Source: Candidatus Krumholzibacteriota bacterium
GTDB taxonomy: Bacteria > Krumholzibacteriota > Krumholzibacteriia > JAJRXK01
Assembly: GCA_963764625.1 (NCBI GenBank)
Contig: CAVXTH010000009.1
Location: 576,001 to 640,000, forward strand
Direction of reading: 5' to 3'
DNA: 64,000 nt
Shown here: piece by piece, positions 19,199 to 28,783 of the stretch
How the letters are laid out: the number at the start of each line of letters is the position of its first letter
Numbering within the stretch: position 1 is the stretch's first letter
Position numbers and translations under genes: made by a program
Notes under the pieces: generated by a model
Told to the model about the DNA's origin: nothing
The model's input: the letters and a program-made list of their open reading frames with translations, nothing else
Databases searched by the model: none

Positions 19199-19315
19199 GC
19201 CGGCTTTCTTCATCTCCCTGTCACCGGCACGCCTGACCCTGTAACTGCACGACGCGCAGGGCGCGTCTCTCCAGAGCTTTCCCGGTTCGGCGAGCACCCT
19301 CGACGAGGCCAACTC

Positions 19316-19531
19316 TTGGCTCGAGTTCGAGCTCGCGAAGCGTCAGAACCACTCGGTGACTTTGCTTCCGCCGAGCCCCGGGTATGGCCGCATCACTTCG
19401 ACATGGGCATGCTCATCCACTTGCCGAAGGCGAACTACCGGGACCGGCGCTGGCACTCTGCCGCCGAGTGCTCTCGGGTGAATCCTGAAGGATTCTGGTG
19501 TGCCTATCGCTCGCTACCTGTGCTAGATTAG
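19316..19531 (+). pseudogene. Gene remnant with a WPHHFD motif
   Basis: Protein-like patch EPRVWPHHFDMGMLI inside an otherwise broken intergenic stretch. Confidence 0.35.
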
Positions 19532-19574
19532 ACAATACACCCCAGAGATCGAGTTCTCGAGTTTGGAGGCGTCT

Positions 19575-21020
19575 ATGTCAGCGCAGCGGCTGCGAAACTA
19601 CATTGGTGGAAAATGGGTGGAGGCGGATGCCTCCGAGTATCTGACAATCCACAATCCGGCCACCGAAGACGTGCTGGCGGAAGTGCCTCTATCGAAGGCC
19701 TCGGACGTGGATCGCGCGGTGACGGCCGCCAAGAATGCGTTCGGCGACTGGCGGATGACGCCTCCCGCGCAGCGGACACAGTACCTCTTCCGGTTCAAAC
19801 AACTTCTCGAGGATCGCTTCGAGGAGATCGCGCGCGTTCTCACCCAGGAGAACGGAAAGACTCTTCCCGAAGCCCGCGGCAGCGTGCGCCGGGGGATCGA
19901 GTGCGTGGACGTGGCCACCGGAGCTCCCTCGCTCTTGATGGGCCAGAGTCTGGAGGACGTGGCTTCGGGGATCGACTGTGAAGCGGTTCGCCAACCTCTC
20001 GGAGTGTTCGCCTGTATCGCCCCCTTCAATTTTCCCGCTATGGTTCCCCTCTGGTTCTACCCCTTCGCGGTCGCCTGCGGAAACACCTTCGTCTGCAAGC
20101 CGAGCGAGCAGGTCCCTTTGAGCCAGAAGCTTCTGTTCGAAATGATCGACGAGGCCGGATTTCCCCCCGGAGTCTTGAACCTGGTCAACGGCGCCAAGGA
20201 CGTCGTGAAGCGCATCGTCTCCCATCCCGACGTGGCCGGGGTCTCCTTCGTGGGCAGCAGTCCGGTGGCGCAGTACGTGTACCGTGAGGCGGCAACGAAC
20301 GGGAAACGCGTGCAGGCACTTGGCGGCGCGAAGAACTTCCTGGTCGTCATGCCCGACGCCAAGCAAAAGGAGACCATCGCCCAGATCATCGGCTCGGCCT
20401 ACGGTTGTGCCGGAGAGCGCTGTCTGGCGGCGAGCGTCCTCCTCAACGTGGGCGAGGCGCAAGAGTGGGTGAAGGACGGGCTCCTTCAAGCCATCTCGAA
20501 GCTGCGGATGGGCGACGGGCTGAAGGAAGATACCAGCCTGGGCCCCGTGATCTCGGCCGCTCATCGCGAGCGGGTTTTGGGCTACATCGAGAAGGGGATC
20601 GAGGAGGGAGCCGAACTTCTGGCCGACGGCCGAAAGGACCTTCCCGCCAAGGGATATTTCGTGGGAGCCACTCTCTTCGACAATGTCCGGCGCGACATGG
20701 TGATCGCACAGGAAGAGATCTTCGGTCCGGTCCTCGGCATGATTCGGGTCAAGACTCTCGCGGAAGCCATCGAGATCGCGACCGCGCATCCGCTCGCCAA
20801 CGCGACCAGCATCTTCACCCAGGACGGAAAGTCGGCCCGCGAATTCAAGTATCGGGTGAACGCGAGCATGACGGGAGTGAACATCGGGGTCGCGGCGCCG
20901 ATGTCCTACTTCAGTTTTGGCGGCGCTAAGGGTAGTTTCTTCGGAGATCTCAAGGGCCACGGCCGGGATTCCTTCGATTTCTACACCGACAAGAAAGTCG
21001 TCATCTCCCGCTGGTTCTAG
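19575..21020 (+). CDS. mmsA: CoA-acylating (methyl)malonate-semialdehyde dehydrogenase
   Basis: PFNFPAM, KPSE, FVGS, KRVQALGGAKN, GCAGERCLA, EEIFGPV. Confidence 0.93.
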   Translation: MSAQRLRNYIGGKWVEADASEYLTIHNPATEDVLAEVPLSKASDVDRAVTAAKNAFGDWRMTPPAQRTQYLFRFKQLLEDRFEEIARVLTQENGKTLPEARGSVRRGIECVDVATGAPSLLMGQSLEDVASGIDCEAVRQPLGVFACIAPFNFPAMVPLWFYPFAVACGNTFVCKPSEQVPLSQKLLFEMIDEAGFPPGVLNLVNGAKDVVKRIVSHPDVAGVSFVGSSPVAQYVYREAATNGKRVQALGGAKNFLVVMPDAKQKETIAQIIGSAYGCAGERCLAASVLLNVGEAQEWVKDGLLQAISKLRMGDGLKEDTSLGPVISAAHRERVLGYIEKGIEEGAELLADGRKDLPAKGYFVGATLFDNVRRDMVIAQEEIFGPVLGMIRVKTLAEAIEIATAHPLANATSIFTQDGKSAREFKYRVNASMTGVNIGVAAPMSYFSFGGAKGSFFGDLKGHGRDSFDFYTDKKVVISRWF

Positions 21021-21059
21021 GCTTTCATCGATCGTGGAGCGCATAAGAGGAGGAAACAA

Positions 21060-21932
21060 GTGTCCAGAATCGTTCGTGGTGGACTCATCCAGTGTTCCAA
21101 TCCCATCAACGATGAATCTCGCGAGGTGGCGGAAATCCAAGCAGCCGCGCTCGAGAGACATCTGCCTTTCGTGGAACAGGCGGGGAAGGAGGGGGTCGAG
21201 ATTCTCTGTCTGCAGGAGATCTTCAACGGGCCGTATTTCTGTCCCTCGCAGGACAAGCGATGGTACGCGGCCGCTGAACCCGTCCCGGGCCCGACAGTGG
21301 AAGTCTTGACGCCTTACGCCAAGAAGCACGAAATGGTCATGGTGGTTCCTGTCTACGAACGCGAGCAGGCTGGCGTGTACTACAACACCGCGGCGGTGAT
21401 CGATGCCGACGGCAAGTACCTGGGGAAGTACCGCAAGAACCACATCCCCCACACTTCGGGATTCTGGGAGAAGTACTTCTTCAAGCCGGGCAATCTGGGT
21501 TATCCCGTGTTCCAAACCGCCTACGCGAAAGTGGGAGTGTACATCTGCTACGACCGGCATTTCCCCGAAGGTGCCCGCCTTCTGGGCCTCAACGGAGCGG
21601 AAATCGTCTTCAACCCCTCCGCCACCGTCGCCGGTCTCTCTCAATACCTGTGGAAGTTGGAACAGCCGGCGCATGCCGTCGCCAACGGCTACTTCATGGG
21701 CTGCATCAACCGGGTGGGTACCGAGCAGCCGTGGGGCATCGGACGCTTCTACGGTGACAGCTACTTCGTCGATCCCCGGGGCAGTTTTCTCGTCGAAGCG
21801 AGTGAGGACAAGGACGAGCTCGTGCACGCCGATCTCGACCTCGAGATGATCGAGGAAGTGCGTCAGGTCTGGCAGTTCTATCGCGACCGGAGGCCGGAGA
21901 CTTACGGAGACATGACGAATCTTCTTCCCTGA
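21060..21932 (+). CDS. Nitrilase-family beta-ureidopropionase
   Basis: Catalytic triad in CLQEIF, YRKNHIP and ICYDRHFPE; operon context. Confidence 0.9.
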   Translation: MSRIVRGGLIQCSNPINDESREVAEIQAAALERHLPFVEQAGKEGVEILCLQEIFNGPYFCPSQDKRWYAAAEPVPGPTVEVLTPYAKKHEMVMVVPVYEREQAGVYYNTAAVIDADGKYLGKYRKNHIPHTSGFWEKYFFKPGNLGYPVFQTAYAKVGVYICYDRHFPEGARLLGLNGAEIVFNPSATVAGLSQYLWKLEQPAHAVANGYFMGCINRVGTEQPWGIGRFYGDSYFVDPRGSFLVEASEDKDELVHADLDLEMIEEVRQVWQFYRDRRPETYGDMTNLLP

Positions 21933-21957
21933 TCGGAGAATTTCGAAAGGAGTGGCC

Positions 21958-23346
21958 ATGGGCGTACTCATCAAAAATGGAACCATCGTGACGGCGATCG
22001 ACCGCTATGTCGGCGACATTCGTTGCGAAGACGGGAAAATCGTGGCTCTGGGAGCGAAGATTCAGGCGAATTCCGGCGACGAGATCATCGATGCCTCGGG
22101 GCAATATGTCTTCCCCGGTGGGCTCGACCCGCACGTGCATATGGAGCTGCCCTTCATGGGCACGGTCTCGGCGGACGATTTCGAGACGGGAACCGCGGCC
22201 GGAGTGGCGGGTGGAACCACCAGCATCATCGATTTCGTCATTCCCGGACGCGGCGACTCCTACGAGGAAACTCTGAAATGGTGGTACGAGAAGGCGGAGA
22301 AGTCAGTGGCCGACTACGCCTTCCACATGGCGATCACCTGGTGGGGAGAGAATACGGCGGACATCATGCGACGGTGCGTCCAGGAGGAGGGAATTCCCTC
22401 CTTCAAGACCTTCATGGCCTACCGTGGCGCCATCGGGGTGGAAGATCCTGAGCTCATCGAAGTCATGAAGTGCGCGCACGATCTGAATGCGCTGGTGACG
22501 GTACACGCCGAACACGGCGACATGGTCGTCGAGTTGCAGAACAAGTTGTTCAACGCGAATCTACGGCAGCCCAAGTACCACGCCCTGTCACGCCCGGCTT
22601 CAGTCGAGGGTGAGGCGACCGCGCGCGCTATCATGCTGTCCCGCATGAACGAGAGCGCGCTCTACGTGGTTCACGTCACCTGCGAGCCGTCGGTGCGCGC
22701 CATCGCGCAAAGCAGAGAGAAAGGGCAGACCGTCTACGGCGAGACCTGCACCCAGTATCTCATGTTGGATGACAGTGTGTATGAGAAGCCCGACTTCGAG
22801 GGCGCCGCGTACGTCATGTCTCCCCCAATTCGCCCCAAAGGTCATCAGGACGTGCTCTGGGCCGCACTCAAAGCGGGGATTCTCCAGACCGTCGCCACCG
22901 ACCACTGCCCCTTCAACCAGAAAGGGCAGAAGGAAATGGGCAAGGACGACTTCAGGCTCATTCCCAACGGAGCAGCGGGTATCGAACACCGTTTGGCCCT
23001 GCTCTACACCTACGGGGTTTTGGAAGGGCGTATCGACTTGCACCAGTTCGTCGACCTCAGCTCCACCCGCGCGGCGAAAATCTTCGGCCTGTATCCGCGC
23101 AAGGGCAGCATCACGCTGGGGGCCGATGCCGATCTGGTCGTGTGGGATCCCGAGGCCGAAGCGACCATTTCAGCCAAGACGCATCATCACCACGTCGACC
23201 GCAGCATTTATGAGGGCTTCAAACTGAAGGGCGTTCCCTCGACGGTCGTGGTCAACGGTCGCATCCAGTACAAAGACGGTGACCTGAAAGTGGAGCGGGG
23301 AGCCGGCCGCTATCTGAAACGAACTCTGGACGGAGGGTTGCGATGA
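21958..23346 (+). CDS. hydA: Dihydropyrimidinase
   Basis: PGGLDPHVH, SFKTFMAY, VHAE, YVVHVT, TDHCPF, IPNG. Confidence 0.95.
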   Translation: MGVLIKNGTIVTAIDRYVGDIRCEDGKIVALGAKIQANSGDEIIDASGQYVFPGGLDPHVHMELPFMGTVSADDFETGTAAGVAGGTTSIIDFVIPGRGDSYEETLKWWYEKAEKSVADYAFHMAITWWGENTADIMRRCVQEEGIPSFKTFMAYRGAIGVEDPELIEVMKCAHDLNALVTVHAEHGDMVVELQNKLFNANLRQPKYHALSRPASVEGEATARAIMLSRMNESALYVVHVTCEPSVRAIAQSREKGQTVYGETCTQYLMLDDSVYEKPDFEGAAYVMSPPIRPKGHQDVLWAALKAGILQTVATDHCPFNQKGQKEMGKDDFRLIPNGAAGIEHRLALLYTYGVLEGRIDLHQFVDLSSTRAAKIFGLYPRKGSITLGADADLVVWDPEAEATISAKTHHHHVDRSIYEGFKLKGVPSTVVVNGRIQYKDGDLKVERGAGRYLKRTLDGGLR

Positions 23347-24662
23347 GCGGGACCAAAGCCGGATCGAAAGCGGAGGAAATTCGCTCGAAGCACGCGCGGT
23401 ATCTGTGGCCGTGCGTGGCGAACTACTATCAAGAACCGATCGCCCTTGAGAGCGGCAGAGGGCTCCGCCTCAAGGACTACGACGGCAAGGAGTACCTGGA
23501 TTTCTTCGGCGGCATCCTCACCGTGTCCATCGGACACTGCGACGAGAGAGTGACCGGGCCGCTGAAGGCGCAGATCGACCGGCTCGGTCACGTGTCGACT
23601 CTCTTCCCCACGCTCCCCATCGTCGAATTGGCGGAGCGCCTGGCGAAACTGGCGCCCGGAGATCTCAGTAAGAGTTTCTTCACCGCTTCGGGAACCGAAG
23701 CCGACGAGACGGCGGTTGCCCTGGCTCAGGTGTATACCGGTGCGCAGGAGATCATCGCACTGCGCCATGGGTATTCCGGTCGTTCGATGCTCGCGCAGTC
23801 ACTGACCGCGCATTCCTCGTGGCGAGCGGTCAGCACGCAGATCGCGGGAGTCAAGCACGCTCTGGCGCCGTACTGCTATCGCTGCCCGCTCGGGCTGAAG
23901 TATCCCTCGTGCGAGATCAAGTGCGCTCAGGACATCGAGGAGCTCATCCAGACCACCACCACCGGTCACATCGCTGGATTCCTCGCCGAGCCGATCCAGG
24001 GCGTGGGCGGATTCGTGGTGCCGCCGCCTGAGTACTTCCAGAAAGCGGTGGAGATCGTCCGCCGCTACGGAGGGGTCTTCATCTGCGACGAAGTACAGAC
24101 TGGCTTCGGCCGCACCGGCTCGAAGTACTTCGGAATCGAGCACTGGGGAGTGAAGCCGGAGATCATGACCATGGCGAAGGGAGTGGCGAACGGGATGCCC
24201 CTGGGTGTCACCATGGCGACTCCGGAGGTCGCGGACAGCTTCAAGAAGCTGACCATCTCGACCTTCGGCGGCAACCCGATGTCCTGCGCCGCGGCCAATG
24301 CCACGCTGAAGGTCATGGAGGACGAGAATATTCCGCAGAACTCAGAGAAAATGGGTGCTCGCCTGCGCGCGGGTCTGGAAGAGATCCAACGCCGCCATCC
24401 CGAGATTCTGGGCGACGTGAGGGGCATGGGGCTCATGCAGGGTCTGGAACTGGTGGTGGACGAACCGGGTGGCGATCGAAGCCCGAACACTCAGGCGGTG
24501 GCTCGTATCTTCGAGGAAACCAAGAGTCGCGGTCTTCTCATCGGCAAGGGCGGTTTGCACGGAAGCGTCATCAGGATTTCGCCCCCCATGACGGTGGGTG
24601 AGAGTGAGGTCGACGAAGCTTTGGCCATCCTGGAGGAATCGTTCGCAGCGATCGGAGGATAG
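23343..24662 (+). CDS. Class III aminotransferase, probably beta-alanine transaminase
   Basis: YLDFFGGILT, EPIQGVGG, DEVQTGFGRTG, PLP-lysine MAKG. Confidence 0.9.
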   Translation: MSGTKAGSKAEEIRSKHARYLWPCVANYYQEPIALESGRGLRLKDYDGKEYLDFFGGILTVSIGHCDERVTGPLKAQIDRLGHVSTLFPTLPIVELAERLAKLAPGDLSKSFFTASGTEADETAVALAQVYTGAQEIIALRHGYSGRSMLAQSLTAHSSWRAVSTQIAGVKHALAPYCYRCPLGLKYPSCEIKCAQDIEELIQTTTTGHIAGFLAEPIQGVGGFVVPPPEYFQKAVEIVRRYGGVFICDEVQTGFGRTGSKYFGIEHWGVKPEIMTMAKGVANGMPLGVTMATPEVADSFKKLTISTFGGNPMSCAAANATLKVMEDENIPQNSEKMGARLRAGLEEIQRRHPEILGDVRGMGLMQGLELVVDEPGGDRSPNTQAVARIFEETKSRGLLIGKGGLHGSVIRISPPMTVGESEVDEALAILEESFAAIGG

Positions 24663-24663
24663 A

Positions 24664-25986
24664 ATGCGCGACTCTGGAGCATGGTCTGTTCCCCCCGACC
24701 GCTTGGAGCTTCAATTCACGGACAAGAAACCGGCGTTCTCCCCCGCGGAGGCGTACGCCGAGGCCAGCCGTTGCCTCTACTGTCACGACGCGCCCTGCAC
24801 GAAAGCGTGCCCCACGAGCATCGACATCGCGAGCTTCATCCACAAGATCGCCACCGGCAATTTCCGAGGCTCCGCGCGCACCATTCTTCAGTCCAATCTT
24901 CTCGGCGCCAGCTGCGCCCGGGTGTGTCCCGTCGAAGTGCTCTGCGAGGGCGCGTGTGTCTATACCGGTTGGGGGCGGCACCCCATCGAAATCGGGCGCC
25001 TGCAGCGCTACGCAATGGAGAAAGGCCGCTCGGCCGATCTCCTGCCTCACCGGGAGCAGACGGGCGAGTCGATCGGACTGGTGGGCGCGGGACCCGCCTC
25101 TCTGGCCTGCGCGGGAACGCTTGCTCTTCTGGGCTACAAGCCGGTGATCTACGAGAAAGGCAAGTTCCCCGGCGGCCTGAACCTCAGTGGGGTGGCTCCG
25201 TACAAGATCCAGGCCGAGGACGTTCTGGACGAGGTCGCGTTCATCCAGTCCTTCGGAGTGGAGATTGAGACCGGCCGCGAACTCGGTCGGGACTTCTCGG
25301 GAGAGGAACTTCTGGCTCGGCACGCGGCCGTTTTCTTCGCGCCGGGCCTCGGAGCGGATTCTCTGCGCGGAATTCCCGGCGCGACCGGATCTGGCATCAT
25401 TGGCGCGGTCGACTGGATCGCGAAGATGAAACTCGAGCCGGAGACCGCTCTTTCTGGAATCTCCTCCGCCGTGGTGATCGGTGGCGGAAATACTGCGCTA
25501 GACGTGGTGCAAGAACTGGCCGCGCTGCAGGCTCCCGAGGTCACGCTCGTGTACCGGCGCGCGGAAAGCCAGATGCCCGGGTACACGCACGAGTGGGAAC
25601 GGGCCAAGAAGCAGCGAGTACGGCTTCTGGACGGGGTGGCGGTGAGCGAGATCCATCGCGACACCAAGGGAAGGATGCGTTCCATCTCTCTGGTGAAGAC
25701 GCAGAATGGCAGACCCACCGAACGCAGCGCCGGCGAGCTGCCCTGCAACCTCATCGTGGTGGCGACTGGACAGAAGCGGCTCTCGGAGTTGGCCGGGCTC
25801 TTTCCCCAAGTGAGCTGCGACGAGAGAGGCCGGGTCATCGCCGATCCTGAAACTCTGGTCACGGGAAATCCGAGGGTATTTACCGGCGGTGATTGCTACA
25901 ACGGTGGCAAGGAAGTGGTAAACGCGGTCGACGATGGCCAACGCGCGGCCCACGCGATCGATCGGCTTCTCAAAGGGGTGAGTTGA
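24664..25986 (+). CDS. preT: Dihydropyrimidine dehydrogenase subunit PreT (GltD-like)
   Basis: RCLYCHDAPCTKACP, VGAGPA, IGGGNTALD. Confidence 0.92.
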   Translation: MRDSGAWSVPPDRLELQFTDKKPAFSPAEAYAEASRCLYCHDAPCTKACPTSIDIASFIHKIATGNFRGSARTILQSNLLGASCARVCPVEVLCEGACVYTGWGRHPIEIGRLQRYAMEKGRSADLLPHREQTGESIGLVGAGPASLACAGTLALLGYKPVIYEKGKFPGGLNLSGVAPYKIQAEDVLDEVAFIQSFGVEIETGRELGRDFSGEELLARHAAVFFAPGLGADSLRGIPGATGSGIIGAVDWIAKMKLEPETALSGISSAVVIGGGNTALDVVQELAALQAPEVTLVYRRAESQMPGYTHEWERAKKQRVRLLDGVAVSEIHRDTKGRMRSISLVKTQNGRPTERSAGELPCNLIVVATGQKRLSELAGLFPQVSCDERGRVIADPETLVTGNPRVFTGGDCYNGGKEVVNAVDDGQRAAHAIDRLLKGVS

Positions 25987-25988
25987 GC

Positions 25989-27362
25989 ATGGCGGATCTC
26001 TCCATCGATTTTGCCGGGATCAAGAGTCCCAACCCGTTCTGGCTCGCCTCGGCCCCGCCCACGAACTCCGGCGAACAGGTCATGCGCGCCTTCGACGCGG
26101 GTTGGGGAGGGGCAGTCTGGAAGACCCTCGGCCAGCCGATCGTGAACGTCTCGAGCCGACTGGGTTCGGTGGACTTGGCCGATCGAAGAATGATGGGGCT
26201 CAACAACATCGAGCTCATCACCGATCGCTCCCTGGCGGTGAATCTAAAGGAGATCGCCGAGGTCAAGAAGCGCTATCCCGAGCACGCCGTCATCGTGTCG
26301 CTCATGTTCGATTCGCGCGAGGAGTGGCGGGATATCCTCAAGCGCTGCGAAGACACCGGCTGCGACGGCGTGGAGCTGAATTTCGGGTGTCCTCATGGAA
26401 TGTGCGAACGGGGAATGGGCTCCGCGGTCGGCCAGGAGCCGAAAGTACTCGAGCGACTCGTATCGTGGGTGAGGGAGGACACTCAGCTTCCCGTGATCGT
26501 GAAACTCACCCCGAACGTCTCGGAGATTCTGGAGCCCGGTTTGGCCGCCGAGAAGGGAGGGGCCACCGCGGTTTCCCTCATCAATACCATCAAGAGCATC
26601 GTGGGAGTTGATCTTCAGACCCTCTCACCCCTGCCCAGTGTGGCCGGCTCTTCCTCGCATGGCGGGTACTGCGGTCCGGCGGTGAAGCCCATCGCGCTGC
26701 GCATGGTGGCCGAGCTCGCGCGGAGCCAAGAGTTCGGCTTGCCCATCTCGGGCATCGGTGGCATCGGCAATTGGCGCGACGCGGCCGAGTTTCTCGCTCT
26801 GGGTGCAGGTAGCGTTCAGGTGTGCACCGCGGTCATGCACTACGGATACCGCATCGTCGAGGACATGATCGAAGGGCTGAGCGAATTTCTCGACTCCAAG
26901 GGCATGAAGTCGGTGAACGAGCTCGTGGGCCTGGCAGTCCCCCGCTTCAAGGAGTGGGGTGAGCTCGATCTCAACTACCACGTGGTGGCGAAGATCGACA
27001 CCGAGAGCTGTATCGGATGTCTCCGCTGCCACGTCTCCTGCTGGGACGGAGCGCATCAGTGCATTCACCTTCCCGGTCAGGATCCGATCGAGGGACACCG
27101 GGCGCCGATGGCACGAGAAGCCAAGCGGGTCGCGGCCCAGCGGCAGGGCAAGATCGACGCGGGGGATGCCTCCGTCGAGCCCTATCGCGTGCCCTGGGTG
27201 GATGAGACGGAATGCGTGGGCTGCAACCTCTGCTATCTGGTCTGTCCGGTCGAAGGCTGCATCACCATGGAAGAGCAGCGGCGGGCTCCGGAAGTGGATA
27301 CTTGGGACATGAGGGTGCGCGATGGACGCGATTTCGTTCCCGGCGGGCTGAAAGAGCTGTAG
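25989..27362 (+). CDS. preA: Dihydropyrimidine dehydrogenase subunit PreA
   Basis: NPFWLASAPP, ELNFGCPHGM, VKLTPN, two C-terminal 4Fe-4S motifs. Confidence 0.95.
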   Translation: MADLSIDFAGIKSPNPFWLASAPPTNSGEQVMRAFDAGWGGAVWKTLGQPIVNVSSRLGSVDLADRRMMGLNNIELITDRSLAVNLKEIAEVKKRYPEHAVIVSLMFDSREEWRDILKRCEDTGCDGVELNFGCPHGMCERGMGSAVGQEPKVLERLVSWVREDTQLPVIVKLTPNVSEILEPGLAAEKGGATAVSLINTIKSIVGVDLQTLSPLPSVAGSSSHGGYCGPAVKPIALRMVAELARSQEFGLPISGIGGIGNWRDAAEFLALGAGSVQVCTAVMHYGYRIVEDMIEGLSEFLDSKGMKSVNELVGLAVPRFKEWGELDLNYHVVAKIDTESCIGCLRCHVSCWDGAHQCIHLPGQDPIEGHRAPMAREAKRVAAQRQGKIDAGDASVEPYRVPWVDETECVGCNLCYLVCPVEGCITMEEQRRAPEVDTWDMRVRDGRDFVPGGLKEL

Positions 27363-27365
27363 TTG

Positions 27366-28745
27366 ATGAAGCACAAACTCATCTACGCCATCGACGACAT
27401 TCCTCCCCTGCGCGAAGCCATCCCTTTAGGTTTCCAGCACTACCTGACCATGTTCGGGTCGACAGTGGCCATCCCCCTGCTGCTGAGCAAGCCGCTGGGT
27501 CTGGCGGACAAGCCGGTTCAATTGGGGTGGCTCATCTCCACCATGTTCTTCGTGAGTGGAATCACCACTTTTCTACAGACCACCTGGGGCAACCGTCTGC
27601 CCCTGGTGCAGGGAGGCACCTTTTCCTTTCTCTCTCCCGCCATCGCGATCTGCGGTATGGCCGCGCTTTCGAATGCGGGTTGGCAAGTGCGACTGCAGCA
27701 CGTGCAAGGGGCGGTGATCGCGGGCTCCATCGTGGAGATCGCGGTGGGCTATTCGGGTCTCATGGGCCGTCTGCTGCGTTTCGTCGGTCCCATCACGATC
27801 GCCCCCACCATCGCTCTCATCGGTCTTTCGCTCTTCCGATTCGGCGCCCCCATCGCGGGAGAGAATTGGGGGATCGGCGGGCTCACCATCGTCCTCATCA
27901 TCGTCTTCAGTCAGTACATGCGTCGTACCCACCGGGCGTTCGAGCTCTTTCCCATCATGATGGGAATCCTGCTCGCCTGGGGAGTGGCGGCTCTGCTCAC
28001 CGTGTTGGGGGTCTTCGGCATCGGACATCCCGCGAGAGTTTCCCTGGCAAACGTCGGGGCGGCGCCTTGGATACGCCTACCGTATCCGATGCAATGGGGC
28101 TGGCCGGTGTTCGGGGTGGCGGGGACCGTGGGGATGCTCGCGGGCTATCTCGCCTCCATGGTGGAATCGGTGGGCGATTACTACGCCTGCGCTCGACTGG
28201 CGGGCGCGCCGGTGCCACGGGCCAAGGAGATCAACCGGGGAATCGGCATGGAGGGAGTGGGCTGTCTGGTCGCCGGAATCATGGGTACCGGCAACGGAAC
28301 GACCTCCTACAGCGAGAACATCGGGGCCATCGGCCTGACCAGGGTGGGCAGCCGGAGGGTGGTGCAAGTCGGCGCGGTGATCATGCTCTTTTTCGGCGCC
28401 TTCGGAAAGTTCGGCGCCCTGTTCACCACCATCCCTCAACCGATCGTGGGCGGGATGTACTGCGCGATGTTCGGCATGATCGCGGCCGTGGGTCTGTCGA
28501 ATCTCCAATTCGTCGACCTGAATTCGGCGCGGAATCTGTTCATTCTCGGCTTCTCGTTCTTCATGGGGCTCTCGGTGCCGGAGTACTTCACCCAGAACCC
28601 CACGCACTTCGACCCCACGTGGCTGGCGAATGTCATCAACACCCTGGGACAAACCGGAATGGCGGTCGGCGCGGTGAGCGCGCTGATTCTGGACAACACC
28701 ATTCCCGGCACCGCCGAGGAACGGGGACTTACGGCCTGGCGCTGA
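27366..28745 (+). CDS. NCS2/NAT nucleobase:cation symporter
   Basis: QH in TM1, ESVGD, signature YSENIGAIGLTRVGSRRV. Confidence 0.93.
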   Translation: MKHKLIYAIDDIPPLREAIPLGFQHYLTMFGSTVAIPLLLSKPLGLADKPVQLGWLISTMFFVSGITTFLQTTWGNRLPLVQGGTFSFLSPAIAICGMAALSNAGWQVRLQHVQGAVIAGSIVEIAVGYSGLMGRLLRFVGPITIAPTIALIGLSLFRFGAPIAGENWGIGGLTIVLIIVFSQYMRRTHRAFELFPIMMGILLAWGVAALLTVLGVFGIGHPARVSLANVGAAPWIRLPYPMQWGWPVFGVAGTVGMLAGYLASMVESVGDYYACARLAGAPVPRAKEINRGIGMEGVGCLVAGIMGTGNGTTSYSENIGAIGLTRVGSRRVVQVGAVIMLFFGAFGKFGALFTTIPQPIVGGMYCAMFGMIAAVGLSNLQFVDLNSARNLFILGFSFFMGLSVPEYFTQNPTHFDPTWLANVINTLGQTGMAVGAVSALILDNTIPGTAEERGLTAWR

Positions 28746-28783
28746 GAGAGTCGATCGAGCGCTTCGGTGACGAAGGCCTGCGA

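Noticed and set aside
12403-21986. Long antisense ORFs (for example 12403..14700 and 19689..21986)
   Set aside because: They are shadows of well-supported genes, expected in high-GC DNA, and have no family motifs.
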